A stretch of 64,000 nt of DNA from a bacterium (lineage in GTDB: Bacteria; Gemmatimonadota; Glassbacteria; GWA2-58-10). A program made the translations under genes and the position numbers. The notes below the pieces were generated by a model. That model saw only the letters and a list, made by a program, of their open reading frames with translations, was not told the origin of the DNA and ran no database searches. Shown piece by piece: positions 28,390-36,734 of this stretch. The stretch is from positions 25,796-89,795 of the forward strand of contig JAJFUG010000073.1 in NCBI GenBank assembly GCA_021372515.1, given 5' to 3'. The number at the start of each line of letters is the position of its first letter. Position 1 is the first letter of the stretch.

Positions 28390-29688
28390 ATGAAAGCGGA
28401 ATGCAGCTTTGTCCTGTTCTGGCTGATCCTGGCCCTGAGCCTTGTCCCCGCGGCCCTGTCCGCGCAGGAGGAGGAAAAGGCCAATTACGACGAGTCCAAG
28501 GTGCCAAAGTACACTCTGCCCGATCCACTGGTCTGCAACGACGGCGCCCCGGTGACAGACAAGGCGGCCTGGATCGAAAAGAGGCGGCCGGAAATTCTGG
28601 AGCTTTTCACCGAACAGGTCTACGGCCGTGCGCCCGGGCGGACCGAAAAAGTGAGCCGTACGCTTCTCGACAGCAGTCTCGCCCTGGGCGGCGCCGCCCT
28701 GCGCAAGCAGGTGGATATTACATTGGAGCAGGGGGGCCGCACGCTCACTGTCGGTGTGCTGATCTACCTGCCATCGAATGCCCCCGGCCCGGTCCCGGCG
28801 TTCCTGGGCCTCAATTTCGGCGGCAACCAGACCGTGAGCGATGATCCCGGCATTATCCTCAACACCAACTGGATGCGCCCCAGCCCGGACAAGGGCGTGG
28901 TGGACAACAAGGCCACCGAGGCCTCCCGCGGGACCGCGTCCTCGCGCTGGGACATCCCGGCCATACTTGCAAGCGGCTACGCCCTGGTCACCGCCTACTA
29001 CGGCGATATCGACCCGGACTATCCCGACAGTTTCGCCAACGGCGCGCACGGCCTGTTCCAGAGCCCGCCGCCCGAGCCGCGCCCGGCGGATGCCTGGGGC
29101 AGCCTCGCGGCCTGGGCCTGGGGCCTCAGCCGGATCCTGGATTACCTGGAAACCGACAGCCAGATTGACAGCCGGCACGTGGTGGTGCTGGGCCACTCCC
29201 GTCTGGGCAAGACCGCGCTCTGGGCCGGAGCGACCGACCAGCGTTTTGCCGGGGTGATCTCGAACAACTCGGGCTGCGGCGGCGCGGCCCTTTCGCGGCG
29301 GGCGTTCGGCGAGACTGTGGAGATAATCAATACCAGCTTCCCGCACTGGTTCTGCGGCAATTTCAAGCAGTACAACGGCCACGAGGACAAGCTGCCCGTG
29401 GATCAGCACGAGCTGATCGCCCTGGTCGCCCCGCGTCCGGTCTATGTGGCCAGCGCCACCGAGGACCGCTGGGCCGACCCGCACGGCGAGTTCCTGGCCC
29501 TGAAGGCGGCGAGTCCGGTCTACAAGCTCCTGACCGGAGACAGCCTGGCCGCGGCGGACTGGCCCGCGCCGGACAGCCCGGTGCGCGGGCGGATGGCCTA
29601 CCACCTTCGCACCGGCGGGCACGATGTCACCCCGTACGACTGGGCGCAGTATATCCGCTGGGCGGATGAGTATGTGAAGGGGAAGTGA
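28390..29688 (+). CDS. secreted glucuronoyl esterase, CE15 family
   Basis: It has a signal peptide (LILALSLVPAALSAQE). The CE15 catalytic region is VVLGHSRLGKTALWAGATDQRFAGVISNNSGCGG; the family motif G-C-S-R-x-G reads G-H-S-R-L-G here. Confidence 0.7.
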   Translation: MKAECSFVLFWLILALSLVPAALSAQEEEKANYDESKVPKYTLPDPLVCNDGAPVTDKAAWIEKRRPEILELFTEQVYGRAPGRTEKVSRTLLDSSLALGGAALRKQVDITLEQGGRTLTVGVLIYLPSNAPGPVPAFLGLNFGGNQTVSDDPGIILNTNWMRPSPDKGVVDNKATEASRGTASSRWDIPAILASGYALVTAYYGDIDPDYPDSFANGAHGLFQSPPPEPRPADAWGSLAAWAWGLSRILDYLETDSQIDSRHVVVLGHSRLGKTALWAGATDQRFAGVISNNSGCGGAALSRRAFGETVEIINTSFPHWFCGNFKQYNGHEDKLPVDQHELIALVAPRPVYVASATEDRWADPHGEFLALKAASPVYKLLTGDSLAAADWPAPDSPVRGRMAYHLRTGGHDVTPYDWAQYIRWADEYVKGK

Positions 29689-29750
29689 GCGGGGGAAAGA
29701 AGCTACAAATTGCAGGATTGAACAAAATAATTATATAGGATGAGGTGGAA

Positions 29751-29786
29751 AGAGAGGGCGGGCCTCCTGGCCCGCCCTCTCTTTCG
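29751..29786. terminator. strong bidirectional terminator hairpin at the left boundary of the low-GC islet
   Basis: A perfect 14-bp stem AGAGAGGGCGGGCC / GGCCCGCCCTCTCT with loop TCCT is followed by TTTCG. Confidence 0.65.
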
Positions 29787-29798
29787 TGGGCATATATT

Positions 29799-30572
29799 TT
29801 ACTTCGTTATCTCCTGCAGGTATCTTTCGATACGGTCACTGTTAGTTCCAAGACTTGAAAACTGTTTATCGCAAACATCGCTGAAACGAGCCAGCACCTT
29901 CCTGTTGATACATTCCTGATCCTCGAAAACGGCCATACTGCGAAACGGAAGTTGCCATTTTTCAAACTGGAGCATAGAAATAGTAGCATCTCGCGCTTTA
30001 TCGTCACCTGGCACGGCAAATACAAAAAGCGGACGCTCCATACCATTAATTTTACAATCTACACTATACATACCCTGTGTATCGTGTATAGGATCGTGCC
30101 AATCGAAAACTCTGCGGCTCTCCGGAATTTTATTAGTCATAAACGCACGAAAATCTTCCATAAATGTTGATCGTACGCGTTCTTTTAAAAGATAGGAGAT
30201 ATCGGTGATTTTCAACAATGCCTGAGTGAAAGAATAAAGCGCATTACCATATTGATCTTCCTGAATGGCAAGTACTAATTCACCATCTCGATCTTCAACT
30301 TTAAATACGGATAATGCATTGCTGATGATCTTTTGCCTGGTTCCTTTTAGAATGTCTTTCTCATCAATATCATACGTGAGGTGCATATAGGTATGTCCTT
30401 CGTCAGACAAAATCCAACTCGCATTATCTCTTTTGAGAGTAATTGCCAGATGGTCTCCGTCTTCAAACATAAAAGGAGTGAATACTCTAAAACGAGCCTC
30501 ACCCTCCTGCTCCAGGCGAATCTGCTCGCATACTCTATTGCGAAAATCTTGTCTAATTGTTTCGGTATTCAT
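29799..30572 (-). CDS. uncharacterised protein B of islet operon (257 aa; possible PD-(D/E)xK-like motif VPGDD...FEK in C-terminal half)
   Basis: Its ATG lies immediately after the TAG stop of the upstream gene, preceded by GAGGAGG. Composition is AT-rich. No confident family assignment. Confidence 0.55.
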   Translation of the reverse strand: MNTETIRQDFRNRVCEQIRLEQEGEARFRVFTPFMFEDGDHLAITLKRDNASWILSDEGHTYMHLTYDIDEKDILKGTRQKIISNALSVFKVEDRDGELVLAIQEDQYGNALYSFTQALLKITDISYLLKERVRSTFMEDFRAFMTNKIPESRRVFDWHDPIHDTQGMYSVDCKINGMERPLFVFAVPGDDKARDATISMLQFEKWQLPFRSMAVFEDQECINRKVLARFSDVCDKQFSSLGTNSDRIERYLQEITK

Positions 30573-31055
30573 CTATACCTCCTCAAACAAATTCTTTTGA
30601 GGATTTCTTGGAAGGTCAAAATTGCAATCGACAAATAAACATTTTACTGCTGAAGTGAAGTCTGAATATCGTTGTGTTGGCTCAGCATAGGTATCTTCTC
30701 TCGCTCCTAATTCTTGATACCGTTCTGTTGCTGAATGGATATGATAATCATAGAATGTGTCGGACTCTATTCCATTTGTGTGCTCGTGACTTTTCCCGTT
30801 GTATCGTCTCAAACGAAATATCTGATTGCTACCTGCTGGACAATGCGCAAGAATGATTGAGAAATCAAGTGCGTTAAAACTGTTTTGCCTCAAGATAAGA
30901 CGAAATTGATTCCCGTTCTCTCCAAAAAAATCAAATTCTTGTTCCTTGTGACCTCGCTTCTCGCGTAGCTTCATTTTATTTCGGTAATCACTCCCAAGGA
31001 CTTTTTTTTCTGAAATCAATTCTGTAATCTCGGTATCAGAGTATTTTGCAGCCAT
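30573..31055 (-). CDS. uncharacterised protein A of islet operon (160 aa; His-rich segment KSHEHTNG...YDYHIHSATE, possible Rx4-6H HEPN-like motif)
   Basis: The RBS GGAGGAG lies 10 nt upstream of ATG 31055. It is translationally coupled to protein B. Confidence 0.55.
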   Translation of the reverse strand: MAAKYSDTEITELISEKKVLGSDYRNKMKLREKRGHKEQEFDFFGENGNQFRLILRQNSFNALDFSIILAHCPAGSNQIFRLRRYNGKSHEHTNGIESDTFYDYHIHSATERYQELGAREDTYAEPTQRYSDFTSAVKCLFVDCNFDLPRNPQKNLFEEV

Positions 31056-31111
31056 TGTGATTTACTCCTCCAAGAATCACAGTATGTTTGGTTTAGAATT
31101 CTTGAGCCTTT

Positions 31112-31453
31112 TTACGGCACCAGGTCCGGGAAATAAGTGTAGCGCTCGTAATAGCCGAGCAGTTTCCCTTCGCCGTCCCGGATCGCGCGCATGTAGGTGC
31201 GCTGGCCGGGCTTTTCCGTGATCTGCACTTCCTCCGCCTCGCCCGCGGCCAGGCGCACCAGAATCCCATCCATTATCCGGCGCGACTTCTCGTTGTGGCA
31301 GTCGAACAGGCTCGTACCCTCCAGCTCGTGCCCACCCTTGAAGAAGTCCTTGGCCGCCCGGTTGAGCAGAAGCACCTTGTGGTCCGTGCCGGTGATCACC
31401 ACCGGGTCCGGGTGGCTGTCGAAAAACGCTTCCAGCAGGCCAAGCCTGTCCAT
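31112..31453 (-). CDS. small PAS domain protein
   Basis: It has a PAS-like fold pattern (VVITGTDHKVLLLNRAAKDFF ... LFDCH ... GEGKLLGYYERYTYFPD). The 113-aa gene returns to high GC. Confidence 0.6.
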   Translation of the reverse strand: MDRLGLLEAFFDSHPDPVVITGTDHKVLLLNRAAKDFFKGGHELEGTSLFDCHNEKSRRIMDGILVRLAAGEAEEVQITEKPGQRTYMRAIRDGEGKLLGYYERYTYFPDLVP

Positions 31454-31483
31454 CCCGCCGCCTTTCTCCTGTCCCGAACCGCT

Positions 31484-32530
31484 TCAGCTCCACGGCTCCA
31501 TGATCACCTTGATCGACTCGCCCGGGTTGGCCACCAGGTCGAACCCGTACTGGATTTCGCTCAGGGGCAGACGGTGGGTGACGAGTCGCGCCACATCCAC
31601 CCGCCGGGCGCGGATCAGCTCCAGGGCCAGCGCGGCGTCATACGGGCTGTTGGCATAACTGGGCATCACCCGGATCGAGTTGCGCCAGAACTCGTTGGCC
31701 GGGATGGGTATCTCCACGCCCGGGTCGGTGGTGGCGAAACAGAGCACCGTGCCGCCGCGGTCCACACTCCCCAGGCCCTGCTTGAACGCGCTCAGGGCCG
31801 CGGCGCAGACAACCACCAGGTCGCAGCCGTGGCCGTCGTTGAGCTGGCGCACCCGCGCGGGCACGTCCTCCCGGGCGTCCAATACATGATCCGCCCCGAA
31901 CTCGGCCGCCTTGGCCTTGCGGTAGTCGCTGATGTCCGTGGCGATGATCCGTCCCGCGCCCTGGGCCTTGGCCAGCATGATATGCATCAGGCCCGAGATG
32001 CCGCTGCCGATCACCAGCACGCTCTGTCCCGGCTGGAACCCGGCCGTGCGCTGGCCGCGCACCACGCAGGCCAGCGGCTCGATGAACGCGCCCTCCTCCC
32101 AGCTTACGCTGTCGGGAAGCAGAAGGGTGCCGCGGTCCACGTTGATCGCCGGGGCGCGCAGGTACTGGGCGAACCCGCCGGGGAAGAAATTCGTGGTGTG
32201 CAGGGTCTCGCAGACCGTGTGGTTGCCGGCCAGACAGTAGCGGCAGGTGTTGCAGGGTATGTGGTGCTCGACGAACACCCGGTCGCCCGGCTTGTAGCGT
32301 TTGACCGTCTCGCCCGTCTCCACCACCAGGCCCGCTATCTCGTGGCCCAGCACCAGCGGGGCTTTCTTGATCCGGTACCACTCCAGGACATCGCTGCCGC
32401 AGATACCGCTGGCCATGACCTTGACCAGCAGCTCATCCGGCCCGATCGCGGGCACGGGCAGCTCCTGAAGGCGGACATCCCGGTTGTTGTAGTACATCCC
32501 CACGCGCATGGGAGTGCCGGCCAGGCTCAT
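31484..32530 (-). CDS. zinc-dependent medium-chain alcohol/polyol dehydrogenase (sorbitol/threonine dehydrogenase-like)
   Basis: It has the catalytic-zinc motif GHEIAGLV, the structural-zinc Cys cluster CNTCRYCLAGNHTVC and the Rossmann motif VIGSGISG. The start ATG overlaps the aldolase stop, with RBS AAAGGAG. Confidence 0.85.
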   Translation of the reverse strand: MSLAGTPMRVGMYYNNRDVRLQELPVPAIGPDELLVKVMASGICGSDVLEWYRIKKAPLVLGHEIAGLVVETGETVKRYKPGDRVFVEHHIPCNTCRYCLAGNHTVCETLHTTNFFPGGFAQYLRAPAINVDRGTLLLPDSVSWEEGAFIEPLACVVRGQRTAGFQPGQSVLVIGSGISGLMHIMLAKAQGAGRIIATDISDYRKAKAAEFGADHVLDAREDVPARVRQLNDGHGCDLVVVCAAALSAFKQGLGSVDRGGTVLCFATTDPGVEIPIPANEFWRNSIRVMPSYANSPYDAALALELIRARRVDVARLVTHRLPLSEIQYGFDLVANPGESIKVIMEPWS

Positions 32531-33363
32531 CATTTCTCCTTTTTGCAATTGCACTTTTTGGCAGGAGCCTTGCTCTCCTCGGCCACCAGCTCCTGGAAAA
32601 GCTGGTTCGCCTCCCTGGGCTTGGCGTTGCCGTGGATCACGGCGTTGAGGGCGCGGATCACCGGCACCGGGTGGGCGTTCTTCCAGACATTGCGGCCCAG
32701 GTTGACCCCGATCGCACCTTTCTGGATCCCGTCATACACGAACTCGAACACCTCCAGCTCGGTCTCGCAGGCCGGTCCGCCGGCGATCACCACCGGCACC
32801 GGGCAGCCGCCGGTCACCTTGTCGAAATCCTTGCACCAGTAAGTCTTGACCACGCTGGCGCCCAGCTCGGCGCAGATACGGCTGGCCAGGGCCAGGTAGC
32901 GGGCGTCGCGCTTGTCCAACTCCTTGCCCACCGCGGTCACGGCCATCACCGGGATGCAGTAGTCTGCGCAGAGGTTCACCATCTCGGTCAGGTTGCCCAG
33001 GGTCTGGCCCTCCCACTGCGTGCCCACGAACACCGACACGCCCACGGCAGAAACGTTCAGCCGAAGGATTTCCTCGATGGAGGTGGTCAATATCTCATCC
33101 TCCAGGCCCGGGCCGACCACACTGGTGCCGCCAGAAACCCGCAGGATGATCGGTATCTGGATCGAGGCCGGCACGCAGGCGCGCAGCACCCCGCGGGTGC
33201 AAAACAGGGCATCCGAGTAGGGCACGAGCGGGCGGATCGTCTCGCCCGGCTGCTCCAGGCAGGTGGTGGGACCCTGGAAATAGCCGTGGTCGATGGGCAG
33301 GAAGAAACAGCGGCCATCCGCCGGGATCAGGCGGCTCAGGCGGTTTTGCAGTCCCCAGTCCAT
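32530..33363 (-). CDS. DhnA-type class I aldolase (FbaB/LsrF/ADH-synthase family)
   Basis: It shows DeoC/DhnA family patterns (FFLPIDHGYFQGP ... ILRVSGG ... VKTYW ... IAGG). The 277-aa protein ends in a Lys-rich tail. Confidence 0.75.
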   Translation of the reverse strand: MDWGLQNRLSRLIPADGRCFFLPIDHGYFQGPTTCLEQPGETIRPLVPYSDALFCTRGVLRACVPASIQIPIILRVSGGTSVVGPGLEDEILTTSIEEILRLNVSAVGVSVFVGTQWEGQTLGNLTEMVNLCADYCIPVMAVTAVGKELDKRDARYLALASRICAELGASVVKTYWCKDFDKVTGGCPVPVVIAGGPACETELEVFEFVYDGIQKGAIGVNLGRNVWKNAHPVPVIRALNAVIHGNAKPREANQLFQELVAEESKAPAKKCNCKKEK

Positions 33364-33718
33364 ATTTAAAGCCTCCGGTAAATAATTATTGAAAATTTCC
33401 TTCGGGCGATTTGCAAAGTGTTATTCTGCTTTGGTTTCGGCCAAAGCAGCAAAGCCAGCGGGGGCCGCGAACTCGTCCCAGCCACGTCAGTCTTTCAACC
33501 TGTAGCGTCACCGAAACGTCGATTCCGCTACCGCGTTGCAGCGGCGGCGCTGGCGCGAATCGCCGCCGAACCGCAGAGCACCTTCAGGCTTGGCCGTTTC
33601 GCCCCCCAACTTCACGCTACCCGTGGTGCAGGCTCAGACAGGCGCGGCCCCCAAAGGCAGAACTGCGGCGGCCTGACAGCCGCAAGCGGGTTTACCCTCC
33701 TGGGATGTCAGGCGGTGT

Positions 33719-33746
33719 CGTAGGGGCGAACCTTGTGTTCGCCCGT
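33719..33746 (+). repeat. REP-like element, 28-bp core CGTAGGGGCGAACCTTGTGTTCGCCCGT (copy 1 of 3 identical)
   Basis: It has a GTAG head and an 8-bp palindrome GGGCGAAC/GTTCGCCC. Identical copies lie at 56589-56616 (minus) and 61771-61798 (plus). Confidence 0.8.
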
Positions 33747-33790
33747 AAAGCTGATATGCAAAAACCTAACCGGACATCCATGCCTCGGTC

Positions 33791-33808
33791 CCCCTTTACG
33801 AAAAGGGG
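33791..33808 (+). repeat. second hairpin repeat family CCCCTTT-N-AAAGGGG(G)AGG (copy 1; copy 2 at 56791-56812)
   Basis: Both copies share CCCCCTTT..AAAGGGGGAGG and lie near the 28-bp REP. Confidence 0.5.
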
Positions 33809-33844
33809 AGGGATAATCGCGCCCCTGAGGTTCATGCGGGGCTT

Positions 33845-34054
33845 TCACCCCCGGCGCACGACCTCGTAGCCGTGCTGGATCAGCCAGTGATGGAACTCGT
33901 AGGTGCTGTGGATACACGCGCTCTGGCAGATCGAGCGGACTTGGTCGTAGCCTGCCGAACCCGCGGCCTGCTGGTCAAGAAGGACCTGCACCGGGCACTG
34001 GATGTCCTTGCAGTACTCCCGGCGCTGGTAGTCGATAAAACCCTCGATTGGCAT
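33845..34054 (-). CDS. small Cys-rich protein (69 aa, Cx4C...Cx3C)
   Basis: It has a strong SD (AAGGAG 7 nt upstream of ATG 34054) and GC-rich coding composition. Function unknown. Confidence 0.55.
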   Translation of the reverse strand: MPIEGFIDYQRREYCKDIQCPVQVLLDQQAAGSAGYDQVRSICQSACIHSTYEFHHWLIQHGYEVVRRG

Positions 34055-34314
34055 GTTGGCGGCTCCTTACGGTTGAACGTCGCCGGACTGCGATTGCCGC
34101 ATTCCGGCAGCGGGTGTTTCAGTCTTGCGCAGCTAAAAGATAGACCCACGCGCCTGGACAGTCAACAGGCATGCCGCCGGGTCGTGCTGTCTTCCGGTAG
34201 CCCCGCAAATGAATTCCTCACCATACGCCAAACCCCGGCTCACTATCCGGAGCTATGTTTATGCATCAGGCTGGATTACGTGTATTCAGACGCCACTGAA
34301 ACCCGGAGGACGGT

Positions 34315-36105
34315 GTGAAACTGATCGATATCCGCGGCGCCCTGGACCCGCGCGGCACCAACCGCGTGCGTGCCATCCTCGGCTCTCGTCTGGAGTCCAT
34401 TCTGGCCGTCTCCCGGCTCAACGACATCTACACCGGCCTCGACCTGAGCGCGCCGGAGCGCAGCTTTTTCCGCAGCAGCCTGGAGTTCATGGGCGTGGAT
34501 TACGACATCTCGCCCGAGGACCTGGAAAAAATCCCGGCTGCCGGCCCCCTGCTGGTGGTGGCCAACCACCCGTTCGGTGGGATCGAGGGCCTGGTGCTGG
34601 GCGACATTCTCACCCGTCGACGCCAGGACACCAAACTCCTGGGCAATTACCTTCTGCAGCGCATCCCGGAGCTGGGGCCCTACATCATCCCGGTGGACCC
34701 GTTCGGCGGGAGCGAGGCGGCGCGCAGCAACATCCGCGGGCTCAAGGCCTCGATCCGTCACCTGATCTCGGGCGGCGTGCTGGGGGCTTTCCCGGCCGGT
34801 GAGGTGGCCCACCTGGCCCTGAGCCGCCGTCAGAGCGGCGAGCGGGTCTGGAGCCAGCATATCGGCGCTCTGGTGCGGCATAGCCAGGCCACGGTGACGC
34901 CGGTCTATTTCCCGGGACGGAACAGCGCCCTGTTCAATCTTCTTGGCCTGCTGGACCCACGCCTTCGCACCGCGATGCTGCCGCGCGAATTGGTCAACAA
35001 GCGCAACCGCCGCCTGAGCGTGCTGGTGGGCCGTCCCATTCCCTGGAGCCGCCTGGAGCAGTTCGAGAGCGACCGTGAGCTGGCCGATTACCTGCGCCTG
35101 AGCACCCTGATCCTGGGCAACCGCGTACCGGCCCGGCCCAAGCGCGTGCACGGGTTCCGTTTCGCCCGCACCGAGCGTCCGGTGGCCACGGCCCGTCCCG
35201 CCGAGGCCATCGCCGCCGAGCTGGCCGCCCTTCCGTCCGACTCTTTCCTGGCCGAGGACAGTGAGTTCGCGGTCTACGCGGTTCAGCGGGAGCAGGCCCC
35301 GGCGCTGATCGAGGAACTGGGCCGTCTGCGCGAGATCACTTTCCGCCAGATCGGCGAGGGCACCGGCAAAAGTTCCGACCTGGACCGTTTCGACAATCAC
35401 TACATCCACCTGGTGCTCTGGCACAAGGCTGCCGCCGAGGTGGCCGGGGCCTACCGCCTGGGCCTGGCCGACCGCCTGATCGCCAGACAGGGCCGCGCCG
35501 GGCTGTACAGCGGCACCCTGTTCCGTTTCGGACCCGAGTTCCTGTCGCGCCTGGACAATGCCATTGAGCTGGGCCGCTCGTTCATCCGGCGCGAGTACCA
35601 GCGCCACCCCTCCAGCCTGGCCCTTCTGTGGCGCGGAATCGGCGAGCTTGTCTGCCGCGAGCCCTGGCGCTGCGTGCTGTTCGGCCCGGTCAGTATCAGC
35701 CGCGACTACCATGCAGTGTCGCGCCGGCTGATCGTGCAGTTCCTGAGCCGTAACCGTCTGGACCCCGATCTGTCGCGCCTGGTGCGGCCGCGCAAGCCGT
35801 TCCGCATCGCGGCCGGGGCCCTGGAGGGCGGCAGCCTGCGGGACATCGAGGATGTCTCCATGCTGGTCTCGGAGCTTGAGGCGGACGGCAAGGGTGTGCC
35901 GGTGCTGATAAAGCACTACCTGCGGCTGAACGCCTCACTGCTCAGTTTCAACGTGGATCGCAAGTTCTCGGACGTGGTGGACGGGTTGATCCGGGTGGAC
36001 CTGCGCACCACCGACCCGCGTATCCTGTCGCGGTTCATGGGGCGGCACGGTTTCGCCCGCTTCGCCGAGCACCACGGGCTGGAGCGGACGCGGCGCGAGG
36101 TCTGA
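34315..36105 (+). CDS. olsF: bifunctional acyltransferase, OlsF-like (N-terminal PlsC-type O-acyltransferase + C-terminal OlsB/GNAT-like N-acyltransferase) for aminolipid synthesis
   Basis: GTG start 34315 with GGAGGA upstream. The N-terminal region has the acyltransferase motif VVANHPFGGIEG. The C-terminal roughly 300 aa have an OlsB/hemolysin-like GNAT fold. Length is 596 aa, as for Serratia OlsF. Confidence 0.6.
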   Translation: MKLIDIRGALDPRGTNRVRAILGSRLESILAVSRLNDIYTGLDLSAPERSFFRSSLEFMGVDYDISPEDLEKIPAAGPLLVVANHPFGGIEGLVLGDILTRRRQDTKLLGNYLLQRIPELGPYIIPVDPFGGSEAARSNIRGLKASIRHLISGGVLGAFPAGEVAHLALSRRQSGERVWSQHIGALVRHSQATVTPVYFPGRNSALFNLLGLLDPRLRTAMLPRELVNKRNRRLSVLVGRPIPWSRLEQFESDRELADYLRLSTLILGNRVPARPKRVHGFRFARTERPVATARPAEAIAAELAALPSDSFLAEDSEFAVYAVQREQAPALIEELGRLREITFRQIGEGTGKSSDLDRFDNHYIHLVLWHKAAAEVAGAYRLGLADRLIARQGRAGLYSGTLFRFGPEFLSRLDNAIELGRSFIRREYQRHPSSLALLWRGIGELVCREPWRCVLFGPVSISRDYHAVSRRLIVQFLSRNRLDPDLSRLVRPRKPFRIAAGALEGGSLRDIEDVSMLVSELEADGKGVPVLIKHYLRLNASLLSFNVDRKFSDVVDGLIRVDLRTTDPRILSRFMGRHGFARFAEHHGLERTRREV

Positions 36106-36133
36106 TTACTGAACATGGAGTATTGACTCGAAA

Positions 36134-36165
36134 GGCCCCGCCGCTTTTCCGGCAGGGCCTTTGTG
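36134..36165 (+). terminator. putative terminator after the olsF-like gene
   Basis: The hairpin GGCCCCGCCG-cttttc-CGGCAGGGCC is followed by TTTGTG. Confidence 0.45.
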
Positions 36166-36281
36166 TCGGGTGGAATTCATTTGTTTCTTGACAGCAGTCG
36201 CATTCCGGGGGAAAATGGTCCCAGGGCTTGCAGTACGGCCCACCCACAACGGACGACCGAACTCTTCCCTGGAGGCCTTTG

Positions 36282-36734
36282 ATGCGCTGGTCTTATCTTG
36301 TCGTGGCCCTGCTGACGCTGCTGGTTCTGGGCTGGGCGATGCGGATGGGTGGGGAAATAATGATGGCCGTGGACCTGCCGAGCCTGGCGCTGGTGCTTGC
36401 GCCCGCTCTCCTGATGTCGCTCGCCACCCACGGTCCGGCTGAAATGGCGGGTTGTTTCGCAGTGGCCTTCAAAAAAGAGGGAGTCGAGCCGGCGGCGCTG
36501 GAGAAAGGGATTCTGTTTTTCAAGACCCTGCAGGCCTATTTCACAATCAGCGCCGTAATATCTTTCCTTATGGGTCTTATTATTCTTCTGGCTTCGGCGG
36601 AGGATTACGCGACAATCTGCCCCGGACTGGCCGTGTCGATTATTTCGGTGCTTTATGCCTACCTTCTGGCCCTGCTGGTCACGGTGCCGTTCAGGACCGC
36701 GCTCGAAAAGAAAAAGATCGAGTTGGGCCGCTGA
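36282..36734 (+). CDS. hypothetical integral membrane protein (about 150 aa, 4 TM)
   Basis: RBS GGAGG lies 6 nt upstream of ATG 36282. It has hydrophobic helices throughout. No family assigned. Confidence 0.5.
   Translation: MRWSYLVVALLTLLVLGWAMRMGGEIMMAVDLPSLALVLAPALLMSLATHGPAEMAGCFAVAFKKEGVEPAALEKGILFFKTLQAYFTISAVISFLMGLIILLASAEDYATICPGLAVSIISVLYAYLLALLVTVPFRTALEKKKIELGR

Larger units (their letters stand above)
29690..31090. other. low-GC islet (about 38-40 % GC versus about 67 % flanks) carrying a two-gene operon, probably horizontally acquired
   Basis: Abrupt compositional shifts occur at both edges. The islet has no integrase, transposase or tRNA. It is bounded by hairpins at 29751-29782 and about 31066-31096. 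Confidence 0.6.

Noticed and set aside
33411-33869. 152-aa ORF across the long intergenic region
   Set aside because: It translates through REP and hairpin repeats (the peptide VGANLVFAR recurs in another REP copy's spurious ORF). It has no RBS and low-complexity composition.
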